Positions 63,465 through 64,000 of a DNA stretch of 64,000 bases are shown piece by piece. The notes beneath the pieces were generated by a model. It saw nothing but the letters and a program-made list of their open reading frames with translations, searched no databases and was not told the DNA's origin. The stretch is from Gammaproteobacteria bacterium (lineage in GTDB: Bacteria; Pseudomonadota; Gammaproteobacteria; Eutrophobiales; Eutrophobiaceae), in the NCBI GenBank assembly GCA_965238225.1, contig OZ250183.1, forward strand, positions 160,001 through 224,000, in the 5' to 3' direction. Numbering within the stretch: the first letter of the stretch is position 1; each line of letters begins with the position of its first letter. A program made the translations under genes and the position numbers.

Positions 63465-64000
63465 GGTTAAATCCTGCTGCTGTCTGTCTGTGTGCATCAT
63501 CCCGTAGCTGTGGATCAAGCACCGCCACGGTTAATCTATCTTTCTGTAAATATTTTTTTGCAACTGCCTGAATCTGTTTTGCAGTAACCGCCTGAATAGA
63601 TGCGACATATTTATCTGCTTCTTTCCAGGAAAGCCCAACGGTTTCAAGCGTGCCCAGTATCATTGCTTGATAAAAAACGGAATCACGCTCATAGACATCG
63701 CTGGAAACAACCTGAGCCTTAATGCGTTGCAGCTCACTGTCACCGACCAGACTACTTTTCAGCATTTCAATTTCTTCATTCACTGCGGCTTCAAGTTGAG
63801 CTACGGTATGATTTCCAGCAGGCGTTCCGCTGATTGTAAACAGGCGATCAAGTCGTGCAAAAAAATTGTATGATGCGCCCACTGAGCTTGCGATCTCTTT
63901 ACCACGAACCAAATTACTGGAGAACCGCGAGCTGTTGCTGCTGCTCAAAATGCCAGCCAATACTTCCAACGCATAAAGTTCCCATTTAGACACTGACTCA
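63454..64000 (-). CDS. M16 family peptidase, C-terminal part (runs off the window)
   Basis: ALEVLAGILS...SSRF, ELQRIKAQV, VTAKQIQAVAKKYL; typical partner of the downstream M16 gene. Confidence 0.85.
   Translation of the reverse strand, partial: ESVSKWELYALEVLAGILSSSNSSRFSSNLVRGKEIASSVGASYNFFARLDRLFTISGTPAGNHTVAQLEAAVNEEIEMLKSSLVGDSELQRIKAQVVSSDVYERDSVFYQAMILGTLETVGLSWKEADKYVASIQAVTAKQIQAVAKKYLQKDRLTVAVLDPQLRDDAHRQTAAGFNHGR

Noticed and set aside
253-63873. Many short ORFs overlapping or antisense to recognised genes
   Set aside because: They are shadows of well-supported CDSs, with no motifs or independent start signals.

Overview
AT-rich gammaproteobacterial chromosomal window. The housekeeping backbone is pilU, pyrK-pyrC-pyrB-pyrR-ruvX-tonB-gshB, hemCDXY, comEA, leuS-lptE-holA-proA-nadD-rsfS, maf, hppA, ggt, coaD, rsmD and two M16 peptidase genes. 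Two large accessory blocks sit in it. (1) A complete PUFA-synthase plus olefin-biosynthesis cluster (pfaD, pfaA, pfaBC, oleABCD, PPTase), predicted to make a polyunsaturated hydrocarbon. It is split at the pfaA 3' end by a nested antisense island (Fic, pentapeptide protein, GRDP-like protein, RND/MFP) marked by copies of the pfaA tail, and its OleA carries a ~53-aa repeat insertion. (2) A type II-C CRISPR-Cas system: tracrRNA, compact Cas9 with an apparent C-terminal frameshift, cas1, cas2, an IHF site in the leader and 40 repeats. Its spacers are unusually variable in length (17-54 nt) and look mosaic, which may be a consensus artefact. Several foreign-looking insertions are associated with direct repeats of neighbouring sequence, with no integrase in the window; one joins the ComEA signal peptide to a phage-like fragment. 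A decayed yqgE/algH remnant suggests local gene erosion. All calls come from reading motifs by eye; no database searches were run.
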